Shown here: positions 19,167 through 29,194 of the stretch, one piece after another
Layout of the letters: every line of letters begins with the position of its first letter
Position numbering within the stretch: the stretch's first letter is position 1
Origin: a virus
Taxonomy: Duplodnaviria > Caudoviricetes
IMG/VR virus record: IMGVR_UViG_644736339_000001
Length of the DNA stretch: 64,000 nucleotides
Strand: one strand, 5' to 3'
Position numbers and translations under genes: made by a program
Notes under the pieces: model-generated
The model's input: the letters and a program-made list of their open reading frames with translations, nothing else
Database searches by the model: none
Told to the model about the DNA's origin: nothing

Positions 19167-21007
19167 TCGAGCACCCAGCTCGCGACGGTCGGCGCCACCG
19201 ACCCGTTGACCTGGACCCAGCCCAGTGGCGGTACGCGCACCTGATACAGGGGTAGCGTGCCGGAGGCCTGCGTGTAGACGCTGGTCATCGTCGGCGCGGC
19301 GGAACCGCCCCTTAGGGCGCCAAGCTGAACCGCCGTAACCGACGTTCCGCCCTGCAGCGTTACGGTCGCCCAGCGTCCATAAGGATTCTGGAATGCTTGG
19401 CCGGCCGTCAGCGCTGGCGGGCTCGCAAGCGGGCCCGGGAGCTGGAAATCACAAATCAAGTTCAGTGGTGTACCCGCACCCACGGCTGGGGATTGCGCCA
19501 CCCCGTTGCTCTTGACGTGGAACTCACCGCACGCCGCCGCCAGCCCGCCCGAGTTGTCACGGATCGTGGACTGGCCTTCGGTATCGTAGGATCCCGACAT
19601 CATCGGACCGACCCCGCTTTGCCCAGGGCCGATAAACTCCAGCTGGTTATTGCAGCCCTCGATGCTGACCTGGTCAATGAAGATGCCGTGCGATGCTCCG
19701 ACGCCGTTCCCGCCGTCGCCGTAGTTGCCGACCGGGCACACGCCCGACCAGCTGTAGAGGATTGTGCCGCCGACCCACTCGGTGTGCTCGGTCACGAAAA
19801 TCGCCCGCGTGTACCCGCCGTGGCAGGTCACGTTGCGCAGCTGGTTGTTGTCGTTGTTGCCGGCGGAGGGTAGTAGTACACCGATGGCGAGGCCAGCGGA
19901 GAAGCCGTCGGGGTTGCTGTAGTCCCCGCCGTTCGGGGCGTAGGTCGCCGCCGTCCCGTATCCGAAGTTCTCCAGCGCGGCAGCGGCAAGGCCGTGGAAG
20001 TTCAGGGCGCCGTAGGTCCAGCCGTTCAGCGAGTGTGTGGTGTAGACCTGGATGTTCTGCATCCGCACGATCACGTTGTTGTACAGCAGCGCGTCCGTGC
20101 CGTAGCCGTTGGCGCCGGTCTGTCCAGAGATGACCGCCGCCTGGCCGTTGGCGTTCAGCGCGTTTGTCTGCGCGGTGGACGTTGCGAACGCGCCGAACGA
20201 AACCAGCGTGCTGCCCGACAGCTGCGGAATCTTTTGTTCCCAGTGTCGTGTCGCGCCGCCGTCAGTCGCTCCCAAGATGATCAGGGCGACCTTGCCGCTA
20301 GTGGTCGCCTGAATCGGGATCACCAGTTGCCCGTTGGCCTTGGTCGTTCCTCCGGCAACCAGCGGGCCGGCCACGCCGTAGAACAGGCCGCTTCCGGTCG
20401 GCGGTACCCACACAATCGCGGTGCCGTTGATTTGCCCGTAGGCGAACGCGGCGTTGATTGTGGCCTGCAGCGCGGCGGTATCGTCGGTGGCCCACATCAC
20501 CAGCGCGTTGCCGGACATTGTGTTGGTGGCGTTAGCGCCGAGGGTCACAGTGGAGGGTGACGTGTAGCCGGTGATTCTGGTCACCAAAGTCGTGGCGCCG
20601 GAGGAAAGCGCGCCCTTCACCATGACCCACTTGCCGACGTCGGCCGGCTTGAACGGCTTCGACGTGCCGCAGGTAAGGATGTTCTGGCCGTTGGTAATGG
20701 CGCCGTCCGTGGCTGCCTGCCCGTCGCCGACAGCGCCGTGGGTGCGGACGTCAAAGACCCAGGATCCGACGTTGACTGCCGACATCCATAGTGAGGCGGC
20801 CGTCGACGTTGCGGCCTGTACCTGACCGATTGCCGCAGTACCGCCGGCCTTAACGCCACCTACGGACATGGAGCCGGTAACGAGTACGTCGCCGCCGACG
20901 GCCAGGGCTGGCAACGTACTTGCGGGGTCCTGTGTGATCTGCGCGGCAACTCGTTCGGGCCTGCGGTTGTGGACGCTCAGCCCGTCGCCGGCAAGGCTCA
21001 TCGCCAC
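19163..21007 (-). CDS. pectate lyase-3/GH28-like beta-helix virion protein (fiber/depolymerase)
   Basis: FDVRTHGAVGDG..DDTAALQATINAA motif; Gly/Asn-rich. Confidence 0.75.
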   Translation of the reverse strand: MAMSLAGDGLSVHNRRPERVAAQITQDPASTLPALAVGGDVLVTGSMSVGGVKAGGTAAIGQVQAATSTAASLWMSAVNVGSWVFDVRTHGAVGDGQAATDGAITNGQNILTCGTSKPFKPADVGKWVMVKGALSSGATTLVTRITGYTSPSTVTLGANATNTMSGNALVMWATDDTAALQATINAAFAYGQINGTAIVWVPPTGSGLFYGVAGPLVAGGTTKANGQLVIPIQATTSGKVALIILGATDGGATRHWEQKIPQLSGSTLVSFGAFATSTAQTNALNANGQAAVISGQTGANGYGTDALLYNNVIVRMQNIQVYTTHSLNGWTYGALNFHGLAAAALENFGYGTAATYAPNGGDYSNPDGFSAGLAIGVLLPSAGNNDNNQLRNVTCHGGYTRAIFVTEHTEWVGGTILYSWSGVCPVGNYGDGGNGVGASHGIFIDQVSIEGCNNQLEFIGPGQSGVGPMMSGSYDTEGQSTIRDNSGGLAAACGEFHVKSNGVAQSPAVGAGTPLNLICDFQLPGPLASPPALTAGQAFQNPYGRWATVTLQGGTSVTAVQLGALRGGSAAPTMTSVYTQASGTLPLYQVRVPPLGWVQVNGSVAPTVASWVLE

Positions 21008-21054
21008 CCCACCTTTCCGGGTTCAACAGGTGCTGGCGAGATGGCGTGAGAGAG

Positions 21055-21252
21055 CTACAGGATTTCCGGCCGGACCCAATCGCGGGGGTATGAGAATCCG
21101 TCAAAAGTGCAAAAAAGGGTCACTTCGGCGGACCCTGGTGCGGGAGTCAGCGGCTCGCCGCAGTGCGGACAAGCCAGCGGCGGGTTCGACGCCCAGTACT
21201 CGTACTCGACGTGCGCTTGTTTGAGGATGTCGAGCATTTGGAGCCAGCTCAT
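21055..21252 (-). CDS. small Zn-ribbon protein
   Basis: CPHCG..CTFDG; SD GGGGTGAGGTGA. Confidence 0.7.
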   Translation of the reverse strand: MSWLQMLDILKQAHVEYEYWASNPPLACPHCGEPLTPAPGSAEVTLFCTFDGFSYPRDWVRPEIL

Positions 21253-21284
21253 CGCCGGTCACCTCACCCCTTGGGCGCCGGCTC

Positions 21285-21698
21285 CTACTTCGCAACAGCC
21301 TTCTTCGCCGCGGCCTTCTTCGCAGGCTTCGGTGCGGGCGCCGCTTCGGGCTTGTCGACGCCGGCGGCGCCCTCACCTGAGTCTGGTTCCTCGTCCGTAG
21401 CGGCCGATGTCGCGTCGGACGTCTCGGGTTCGGCCTGCGCCGCCGCCTCGGTGGCTTCCGGCGCGGTGCCCTCGGTCTCGGTCTCAACGGCCGAGGTCTC
21501 CTCTTCGGCCGGCAGCCCGAGCGCGTTCGAAGGGCCGCCCTCCACGCTGATCTTCGGCACGGCTGCCTCCTGCTCCTGCTCTGCTTCGATGACTTCTTCG
21601 GGGACGGCGTACAACTCGGAGACCGCGTCGCACTGCGGACACCGCAGCAGCCCCACCGCGAACTTGGTGGAGCAGCTGCGGCATTGCATCCACGCCAT
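21285..21698 (-). CDS. Zn-ribbon protein with acidic low-complexity and Lys/Ala-rich tail
   Basis: CRSC..CPQC; ends PAKKAAAKKAVAK; ATG 21698 coupled to the upstream stop. Confidence 0.65.
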   Translation of the reverse strand: MAWMQCRSCSTKFAVGLLRCPQCDAVSELYAVPEEVIEAEQEQEAAVPKISVEGGPSNALGLPAEEETSAVETETEGTAPEATEAAAQAEPETSDATSAATDEEPDSGEGAAGVDKPEAAPAPKPAKKAAAKKAVAK

Positions 21699-22165
21699 CA
21701 GGCGGCCACCACGGCGGCGCCGACATCGTAGGGAACGTAGATTAGATCCCACTTCACGCTGCCGGTGTTCGTCGCCGACGTGGTGATGGTGACGGAGCCG
21801 GCGTCGACCAGGAACCTGCCCGCCGGCGTCGCAACCCCGGCCTGCGTAGCCAGGTCAACGACGGTAGCGCTGCCCGGGTTGATGCCGACGTGCGTGCCGA
21901 TCGGCGCGGCGATGACGCTGGACGCGGTGCCCAGCGCTGTCGTCGAGCCAGTACCGACGGTCGGGGCGTAGCCGATCGCGACCGTGCACGCCTGGTTTTG
22001 CACTGCCGTGGTGACCTCGCCGACCAGCGACACGATCAGGATCCTGCCGCCGCTCACGGTGAAGATGTTCCCGGTGGCCGTAGCCGGCAGAGTCGCGGTG
22101 GCGCGGGACACGAGATAGCCCTCGGTGATGAGACGCACCGCGGAGGCCTGGATCAGGGTCGTCAC
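21698..22165 (-). CDS. putative capsid decoration/head structural protein
   Basis: Beta-rich Thr/Ala/Gly protein just downstream of the capsid gene. Confidence 0.6.
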   Translation of the reverse strand: MTTLIQASAVRLITEGYLVSRATATLPATATGNIFTVSGGRILIVSLVGEVTTAVQNQACTVAIGYAPTVGTGSTTALGTASSVIAAPIGTHVGINPGSATVVDLATQAGVATPAGRFLVDAGSVTITTSATNTGSVKWDLIYVPYDVGAAVVAA

Positions 22166-22166
22166 G

Positions 22167-22583
22167 TCACGCCCCCAGGATGGCGAGGTTCGCCGGGCCG
22201 CGCGAAGCGGTCAGGTCGTGCAGGATCGCCGTGACGAGACCCGAACCGCCGACAGAAACCTTGACGTAGGCCTTCGGGTCAGCGAGCTGGATGCCGAAGA
22301 CAGTGAACGCCACCGTCCCGGAGGCGATCGTGACCGCGTTCGACGCTGCCTGGCTCGCCTTCACCCAGGTCGCAGTGCCGTTAGTGGCCGTGTTGGTGTA
22401 GATGCGCGTGATGATGTTGCCCGGAGTCGCATACGAGCCGCCGAAAGTGCTGGCGACGGTCAGGGTGAACGTGTCGTTGCCGGTGCACACGAAAGTACAG
22501 GCGGTGGCCTGCTTGAGGCTGAACCCGTTGCCGGCGGCGATCGGGATGATGTTGAAGACGCGGCCGAGGCCTTCCATTGCCAT
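22167..22583 (-). CDS. putative capsid decoration protein
   Basis: SD GAAAGG before ATG 22583; beta-sandwich-like; follows the capsid gene. Confidence 0.65.
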   Translation of the reverse strand: MAMEGLGRVFNIIPIAAGNGFSLKQATACTFVCTGNDTFTLTVASTFGGSYATPGNIITRIYTNTATNGTATWVKASQAASNAVTIASGTVAFTVFGIQLADPKAYVKVSVGGSGLVTAILHDLTASRGPANLAILGA

Positions 22584-22794
22584 GGTGGTGCCTTTCTGGC
22601 TGGCGACTTGGCTCCGGGGCGCCACTGCCGGAGTTGCCTTTTCGGCGGCCGGGAGTTGAGGGCCGGCCGCCTACGGGTGCTGCGAGGGGTGTTGCTGGAG
22701 AAGCAGAAAGACCCCGCTCGGTATCGAGGAGGTCTTCGAGGTGCGCCGTGCTATTCGGTCGAGGTCGGACGATCTGACTCGCCTGCCGAATCCC

Positions 22795-24195
22795 TTACGG
22801 GCGGGCCGCGAGGGACACGAACGGCGACAAAGCGCCCGCGCCGTTATGAGGCGTAATGGGAGACTGCAACCAAGGTTGGCCGTCCAGGCGGCTAATGATC
22901 CGGAAGACCGTTTTGTCCGACGCGAACTTGAAGTGCGGGCTAGACGTGGACTGCATCATCTGGCGGTCGCCGATGAGGTAGTAGGACAGGTCGACGAAGT
23001 TGATGTCGCCGAGGCTGCCGAGGGCCGGCGTCTTCTCGGTGAAGATCACGGGACGGCCGAGGATGCTGACCGGCGGCACGGCCGAGCCAGGCTGCTGCAG
23101 GTTGCCGAGCCACACGGCCGAACCGCCGGTGCCCACGGACAGCGCCATCGTCGCCAGCTGCGGGAAGGTGTCGATTGATGCGATCCACACCGCGTTCTGC
23201 AGCGCGGTCGGAAGCATTCGGGCGTACATCTTGACGATGTTTTCCCAGACGATCGTCCCTGAAGGCTGGCCGGCCTCGGCCGCGACCGCCACGGACGCCG
23301 GGCAGTTGACGAAGCCGCGGGGCTCGCCGGCGCCGGTGCCGTTCATGAAGCCGATGTCCTCGTACCAGGCCAGCGCCCGAGGGAAGACGTCGTCGAAGAA
23401 GCTGGTGAACGCTGGCGCGTCAGCCAGGAGCTCGTTGGGGATCTCGGCGTAGCCGGTCAACTTCTTGGCGTCCAGGGTGACGCGACCGAAACTGGCCTGC
23501 GACTCGACGAGGGCCGCGGCCTCTTCGGTCCAGTAGCAGATCACGCCGCCGAACACGCTGGACACGTTGCTGGTGGAGTCGATCATCGGGATCGGGACGC
23601 GCAGCGTCTCCATCGGGATGACCTGAGCCCGCGGCCGGACGACGGCCTGCTCCAGGGCGACCTGCAGCAGGTTCGAGCGCAGCGTCTCCGGGATGAGGAA
23701 GCCGCCGTCGGCCGGGACCTCACTGCCGAAGCTGTTCATGATCTCGGTGACCTTGGACCGCTTAGCGGACAGGTCGGCGGAGCGGTTGACGCGCATCTCG
23801 TCGAAGTGGGTGGCGCGGAAGAACTCGGCGGAGTCTTGGAACATTCCGTCCAGGGCGCGGCCAATGGCGCGCTGGCCGTTGAGCGCCTTCTCCGCACTGC
23901 TGCGCCGGGCGCCGTTCTCGAGGTGGACGCGCGGCATCGCGGCCGGCCCGGGGGTCATGTCAACCGGCGGGATGTCGCCCTTCTCGCCGTTGTCCTTCAT
24001 GAACTGCGCGAAGCCGAGCTGAACTTGCTCGGCGATCTGGGCCTTGAGGTCCGGGTCCGTCTTGGCGTTCGCCGACTGGTAGTTGCCGACGAACTCCTTG
24101 AACTTCCCCTCCTTGAGGACGTTCGTCATGCGTTCGCCGTCGTTCATCCACTCCTCGAGCTCGGCCGAGGACGTCGGGATGGCGATTGTGGTCAC
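22795..24195 (-). CDS. major capsid protein (HK97 fold)
   Basis: DGGFLIPE, AKKLTGYAEIPNELLAD, ILGRPVIFTE, YYLIGDR; GTG 24195 with SD AAGGAGG overlaps the protease stop. Confidence 0.93.
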   Translation of the reverse strand: MTTIAIPTSSAELEEWMNDGERMTNVLKEGKFKEFVGNYQSANAKTDPDLKAQIAEQVQLGFAQFMKDNGEKGDIPPVDMTPGPAAMPRVHLENGARRSSAEKALNGQRAIGRALDGMFQDSAEFFRATHFDEMRVNRSADLSAKRSKVTEIMNSFGSEVPADGGFLIPETLRSNLLQVALEQAVVRPRAQVIPMETLRVPIPMIDSTSNVSSVFGGVICYWTEEAAALVESQASFGRVTLDAKKLTGYAEIPNELLADAPAFTSFFDDVFPRALAWYEDIGFMNGTGAGEPRGFVNCPASVAVAAEAGQPSGTIVWENIVKMYARMLPTALQNAVWIASIDTFPQLATMALSVGTGGSAVWLGNLQQPGSAVPPVSILGRPVIFTEKTPALGSLGDINFVDLSYYLIGDRQMMQSTSSPHFKFASDKTVFRIISRLDGQPWLQSPITPHNGAGALSPFVSLAARP

Positions 24196-25889
24196 TGCAT
24201 TGCCTCCTTCAAGGCCGCGGTCATGCTCGGGTCCCACGCGAAGTTGAGGTCGCCGTGGGTGTGGTTGCTGGGGGAGTCGCCGTGGTCGCCGGAGTCGGAC
24301 TTGTCGGCGTCGTCAAGGTGGGCCTGCAGGTGCTTCTCGACTCCGGGCTTGTCGGAGTCGGGGATCTTGGATCCGGGCAGGCGTGCGAGGCCGTTGCGGC
24401 AGGCTGCGAGATTCGCGGGGCCGCCCTCGGTCTTATGGTGCGGAAAGCGGTAGTTGTCCTTTTTGTCGTCGGCGTCGTCGTCGCCTTCCTCGGACTTCTC
24501 CGCGGCGGCTTCGTCGGACATCCAGGCGTGGCAGTACCGCAGGACCTTGTCGTCGTTCGGCATCGCCGCGACCGCGGCCGGCCCGTCCCACGGCGTGTCG
24601 ACCGTGTCTGTGTGGTGAACAGGCAAGCTCTTGTTCAGCAACGGCATGGATTCGATGCCGAGGATCCGGTCGCCGCGGAGCGAGTTGGTCGTCATGCCGC
24701 CGTCGCCGTCGGACTCTTCGTCGCCGTGGTCGTGGCGGTGGTCGGCGTCGCCGCTGTGGGTGTGCTCGTGTTCGTGACTGTCGTCGTCGCCCTGCGCCCC
24801 GAACGCCGGGTGCGCGTGGGTGTGGGTGCCGTCGTAGGGCTCGTGCATCGCGGCGTTGCTGATGTTGTCGCTGCCGGATTCGGAGCCCTGGTCGCCGATC
24901 AGCGCCAGGCCCTGGTTCAGCCAGTTGCGGAAAGGCTCGGCGGGGATCGAGTCCATGGGGCCTCCCGCGGGAATGGAGAAGCCCCGGTCCGCATTGACCG
25001 GGGCTTCGTCGTGGAGCTGTGTGGTTGTGGGTGGCGGGTCAGCGTCTGGCTGCCGTGCGGCGTCGAGTCCGTCCACCGGGGCGTTCTGCACCTCGGGGTC
25101 CGAATCGTTCAGAAGCTTCAGCTGGTCGTCGGCATCGGCACGAGCCTGCGCGAGCGTTTGCTGCGCGTCGGATTCCAACTTCTCGGCAGCGTCGACCCGA
25201 GCAAAGACCGCAGCCTTCAGGCGGTCCGGGGTGTTGCGGAAGACCGACAGGTCGAAGTGCGCGGCCAGCTTCGTGGCCTCGTCGTCCGGCGCCGCCTTCG
25301 ACGGCTTTGCGGGAGGATCGGCCATGCGGTCGGCGAGGCCAGCGTCCACTGCCTCCTGGCCGATGTACCAGGTCTCGGCGAGCATCGCGGCGCGCCAGTC
25401 GTCCTTCGGCTTGCCGGTGCGGTCGGCGTAGATGCTGGCGATGTTGTCGGAGACCCGGTCAAGCAGTTCAGCCTGTTCGCGCATGTCGGCGGCGTTGCCG
25501 ATGACCAGACCCCAACCGTCATGAATCATCAGGCTCGCGTTGCGTCCCATGACGATCTGCTCGCCGGCCATGGCGATGACCGAGGCGATGGAGGCGGCGA
25601 GAGCATCGACGTAGGTGGTGACGCCGCCACGGCCGGACAGGTAAGCGTGGATCGCTATCCCATCCCAGACTTCGCCGCCAGGACTGTTGAGGTGAAGGTC
25701 GATCGGGCCGTCGACCTGCTTCATCTCGTCGATGAAGTCCTGGGCCGTGACGCCGAAGAACCCCACCTCGTCGTAGATCATGACCTGGGTCGGGCCGTCA
25801 GCCTGAGCCTTGATCCGGAACCAGTCGTTGCGGCCGGCCCGGAGGTTTGCGATCGTCCTGGTCGTCTTCAGCCGGGACAGGCCCATCAC
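24192..25889 (-). CDS. ClpP-type prohead protease with long C-terminal scaffold-like extension
   Basis: LNSPGGEV, ALAASIASVIA, LMIHD, AETWY..EAVDAGLAD. Confidence 0.9.
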   Translation of the reverse strand: MMGLSRLKTTRTIANLRAGRNDWFRIKAQADGPTQVMIYDEVGFFGVTAQDFIDEMKQVDGPIDLHLNSPGGEVWDGIAIHAYLSGRGGVTTYVDALAASIASVIAMAGEQIVMGRNASLMIHDGWGLVIGNAADMREQAELLDRVSDNIASIYADRTGKPKDDWRAAMLAETWYIGQEAVDAGLADRMADPPAKPSKAAPDDEATKLAAHFDLSVFRNTPDRLKAAVFARVDAAEKLESDAQQTLAQARADADDQLKLLNDSDPEVQNAPVDGLDAARQPDADPPPTTTQLHDEAPVNADRGFSIPAGGPMDSIPAEPFRNWLNQGLALIGDQGSESGSDNISNAAMHEPYDGTHTHAHPAFGAQGDDDSHEHEHTHSGDADHRHDHGDEESDGDGGMTTNSLRGDRILGIESMPLLNKSLPVHHTDTVDTPWDGPAAVAAMPNDDKVLRYCHAWMSDEAAAEKSEEGDDDADDKKDNYRFPHHKTEGGPANLAACRNGLARLPGSKIPDSDKPGVEKHLQAHLDDADKSDSGDHGDSPSNHTHGDLNFAWDPSMTAALKEAMQ

Positions 25890-28800
25890 GTCCTCGCCTT
25901 CTCGTGGTGGTGTCCGTTAATGTGCGCCGGTTCCGGCTCGAGAAGGTTGACGAGCTTCTTCAACATTGCAGTCAGGTCGTCACCGGGGTTATCGGAGTCA
26001 GGCCCGACGTCGTAGTCGACGAAAAGGGTTCCGCGGCAACGTTCGCGCCCCTCGCAAAGCGTGTAGCCACCCATGGGGTACGCGGCGAACGCCTCGGCCA
26101 CGGCGTCCGGGTCATCGGTGTCGCCGAAGACGGTCCCGTCGATCTCTTCGCAGTTGTCGCAGGTTGCCGAGTCCAAGACTTCTACGGCCCGGAGCTGCCC
26201 ACGCGGGGCGCCGTGCTGCGTGAATGTGGCGTGCCGGGCCCGGTTCTGTGCCGCCGACATCGCTCCGGCCAGGTGCCCGCGGGGGCCGGCTTCGGACAGG
26301 CCTTGCAGGAACTGCCCAACCTGGTCCGCAACCTGCTGCCCGCCAACTCCGGGAACGGCAAGCCGCATCGCTTCTCGCCCGGCCGATACCGCAAGCTCGG
26401 AAGCCATAAGGGCGACAGCTACTGCGGCGATCGTTTCGAGCTCGGAGGAGTCCGGCGTCTTCGGCGGCACGCTGGCGCCTTGCTCGTCGGCTTCGCGGCT
26501 GGCTTCCCGAGCGGCAACCACGGCGAACGCGACCATCGCGGCAAGCAGCAACGCCTTCGCGGCGACCGTGTCGACGGCCAGCGTTCCGAGCGCGGCTAGT
26601 TCGGCAGCGTCCACGTGTTCGCGGATCTGCTGCTGCAACTGCTGCTGCTGGGCGGGCAGGATCTGGCTCTGGTAGTCGGCGACGACATTGTCGGTGGCCG
26701 ACTTCCACTGTGCATCGACGCGGGACAGGTCCGGCTGGTTCGGGCCCTGCGCTGGCGGCGTCGGCCCCGAATCGCCTGTGGCTGCGGTAATCGCGGTGAG
26801 GGTGCGGGCGTGGATGGAACTGCGCACCTGGTTCTCGACGGGATTGTCGTCCTCGGTAGGCTCGCCGCTGCTGTCGTCGGCCTGCTCAAGTTCGCCGGCG
26901 CCGGTAGTGGGGGTTGCGGCCGGGACCTGAATGATGTGGCGCATCCGCGGCAGGCCGACCACTTCGGCAGCGTCGTCCGGGTTGACGTTTGCGCTGATGA
27001 GCGCGGCGTAGGCCGTGGTCTTCGCGGTGAGCTCGGCGTTGTCGGCTTCGCGGTCGTCCGGCAGCGGGTTGACGTAGTCCCATTCGACGTTCTCGCCGGT
27101 GCTGCCGAACATCGGCAGGAACTGGTTGTTGAGAGTGTCGCGGAGCCGGTCAAGCCGGGGGATGATCTTCCAGCGTCCGAAGACTTCTTCGGCGGTTTGG
27201 GCGTTGGAGTTGCCGTGTATCGCGATGCGCCCGTTGCGCCGGGTCACGTAGATGTGGTTCGGCACCTCAAGGCTGTAGACCTTGCCGTCGTAACGTTCGG
27301 TCGAAACGTTGTTGGATCCCGTCACCCAGGACGCCGGCCGGTCGGTGATGTGGATGTAGTACATCGGCGCGCGAGCGCTGCGTCCGTCATGGTGTGACGC
27401 CATGTTGGCGCGGCAGCCGAGACGGAAGACGAACTCCAGCACGTCATCGGCAAGGCCCGGGGAGCTAGTCGCGTAGTAGCAGTTCGAGCGGCCCGGCCGT
27501 GGATCGCGACTGCCGTCGCCAGCCATCATCGCGTCGAACAGGATGCGCCGCTGCCGGAGCGACAGGTTGAAGCACCACCGCGGGATGCGCTTGTCCTGGC
27601 AGTTGGTGCCTACGTGCTCCCGCAGCCAGGTGATCAGACCCTTGCCGGTGATGTTCCACCGGGCGATCTGACCGCCCTCGTCGAAGTACTCATAGGCAGA
27701 GAACGGAAGCTGCGCGAGACAGTCACGGATCCGCTGCGGGTACTTCTTCTGCGCCAGCGTCATTACGTAGCGGTTGCCAGCACGCTCCTCGGACAGGATG
27801 CCGCCCTCGGAGATAACCCAGCCCAGGAACTCCAGCCACGCATCCATCGGCAGGCGTTCAGATCCGCCTCGACCGTAGTGCCCGTTGTCGTATTCGACGG
27901 CGGGCAGGTCAAACCACTGCTGGTCCGCGCAGTCCTCGGCGTCCGGGGCAGTCTGAACTAGGAACCGGGACGGGAGTTGGTCCGCGCGGCATGTACGCCA
28001 AACGTCCGGCAACCGCGGTGTCGCGTACAGCATCGTGTGGTTGGGGGTGACCTTCACGTCGATGACGTCGTTGACGATCCGAACCATGTCGCCGTGGTAG
28101 TCGTAGGCGAAGCGGTGGATCGGCGCGTGGTATTCAATGCGGCGCGTCGCGGGGTTAACGGTGGCGATGAGGTCGGCGTCTTCGACCTTCTCGAACGGCT
28201 TCCAGCCGCCGTTGGTGAGGACCTCGGTCTGGTCGTCGTGGCAGCGGTTGACATCGTCAGCGTTGCCGAGCATCGACTTGTGGATGCCCCAGGCCTCGCG
28301 CAGGACATCCCTGCTGACGTTCCGCAGGTTGGAGAAGTCCATGTCCTTGATGGACATCTGGGTCGGAACCCAGGTCGCGCCACCCTCGAGGATCGCAACG
28401 CGGTGGGACCGGGACACGCCCTGGTGAGATTCGCGCCACCGGGTCGAAAACTGGTCGAACTCGTCGTCCGACATGTTTCCCGGCACAGTGACGACGCCGC
28501 CGGGGACAGCGCCGTTGATGAAGAAGTTCCGGTTCCACTCGCTGCCGTACTTCATGGCGTCGATGTCGACCAGCACCGACTGCACCGGCCCGAGCCCGCG
28601 GTATGGGTCCAGGGGGTTCGGGTATTTGGTGAGGATGACCTCTTCGGGCTGCAGCGGAACCCGCTCGCCCGACGGTCCGGTGTAGACGTACCCGGCGATG
28701 TACTTCTCCGCCGACGGCACCGGCTCCATGCGGTCCGGGCGGACCAGCCACAGCCCGGTCGGGAAGGTGGCTCGGGAGTCGCGGACGACAACCCACCACT

Positions 28801-29194
28801 GTTCGCCGGTCAGCTCCATGTGCTGCCAGCCGGCTTCGCGGAAGTTGACGCCGGTGGTGAACGGGTTCGGGTTGTTCCAGACGTTCAGCGCCTGGTGCTG
28901 CAGCACTTCGGTGCGCTGGTCGGATCCGCGGTCGCCGGTGGTGTACCGCTGTCTGCCGTCGGCTTTCGGCTTGCGGTACAGCCGCCACTGTGGGGTGGCG
29001 CTGGCGGAGGACAGCAGCGACACGATTTGGAAGATCGTGCCCGCGGTCCCCATCGCCCGCATGTAGACCTCGTTGTCCGAGCGTCCGGACAGTGCGGGGA
29101 TGATGTAGCGGCCTGGTGCGGCGTAGGGGACCGGTGAGGCGTTGGCGTTCTTGTTGAGTAGGCTGCCGACGACGTTGAACATCGACCGGACCAC
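25886..29194 (-). CDS. portal protein (HK97 family) with intein, fused to MuF-like minor head domain
   Basis: NPNPF..ELTGEQWW..GLGPV..FFINGAVPGG portal motifs; C-terminal LDSATCDNC..DG..CEGRERCRG MuF-like motif. Confidence 0.88.
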   Translation of the reverse strand: MVRSMFNVVGSLLNKNANASPVPYAAPGRYIIPALSGRSDNEVYMRAMGTAGTIFQIVSLLSSASATPQWRLYRKPKADGRQRYTTGDRGSDQRTEVLQHQALNVWNNPNPFTTGVNFREAGWQHMELTGEQWWVVVRDSRATFPTGLWLVRPDRMEPVPSAEKYIAGYVYTGPSGERVPLQPEEVILTKYPNPLDPYRGLGPVQSVLVDIDAMKYGSEWNRNFFINGAVPGGVVTVPGNMSDDEFDQFSTRWRESHQGVSRSHRVAILEGGATWVPTQMSIKDMDFSNLRNVSRDVLREAWGIHKSMLGNADDVNRCHDDQTEVLTNGGWKPFEKVEDADLIATVNPATRRIEYHAPIHRFAYDYHGDMVRIVNDVIDVKVTPNHTMLYATPRLPDVWRTCRADQLPSRFLVQTAPDAEDCADQQWFDLPAVEYDNGHYGRGGSERLPMDAWLEFLGWVISEGGILSEERAGNRYVMTLAQKKYPQRIRDCLAQLPFSAYEYFDEGGQIARWNITGKGLITWLREHVGTNCQDKRIPRWCFNLSLRQRRILFDAMMAGDGSRDPRPGRSNCYYATSSPGLADDVLEFVFRLGCRANMASHHDGRSARAPMYYIHITDRPASWVTGSNNVSTERYDGKVYSLEVPNHIYVTRRNGRIAIHGNSNAQTAEEVFGRWKIIPRLDRLRDTLNNQFLPMFGSTGENVEWDYVNPLPDDREADNAELTAKTTAYAALISANVNPDDAAEVVGLPRMRHIIQVPAATPTTGAGELEQADDSSGEPTEDDNPVENQVRSSIHARTLTAITAATGDSGPTPPAQGPNQPDLSRVDAQWKSATDNVVADYQSQILPAQQQQLQQQIREHVDAAELAALGTLAVDTVAAKALLLAAMVAFAVVAAREASREADEQGASVPPKTPDSSELETIAAVAVALMASELAVSAGREAMRLAVPGVGGQQVADQVGQFLQGLSEAGPRGHLAGAMSAAQNRARHATFTQHGAPRGQLRAVEVLDSATCDNCEEIDGTVFGDTDDPDAVAEAFAAYPMGGYTLCEGRERCRGTLFVDYDVGPDSDNPGDDLTAMLKKLVNLLEPEPAHINGHHHEKART
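27209..28243 (-). mobile_element. intein with LAGLIDADG homing endonuclease (345 aa) in the portal gene
   Basis: N-junction VNR|CHDDQTEVLT, block B VTPNHTM, LAGLIDADG-like FLGWVISEG and DAMMAGDGS, C-junction VYSLEVPNH..IHGN|S. Confidence 0.92.

Noticed and set aside
24186-26015. 609-aa + strand ORF
   Set aside because: Antisense shadow of the ClpP protease gene
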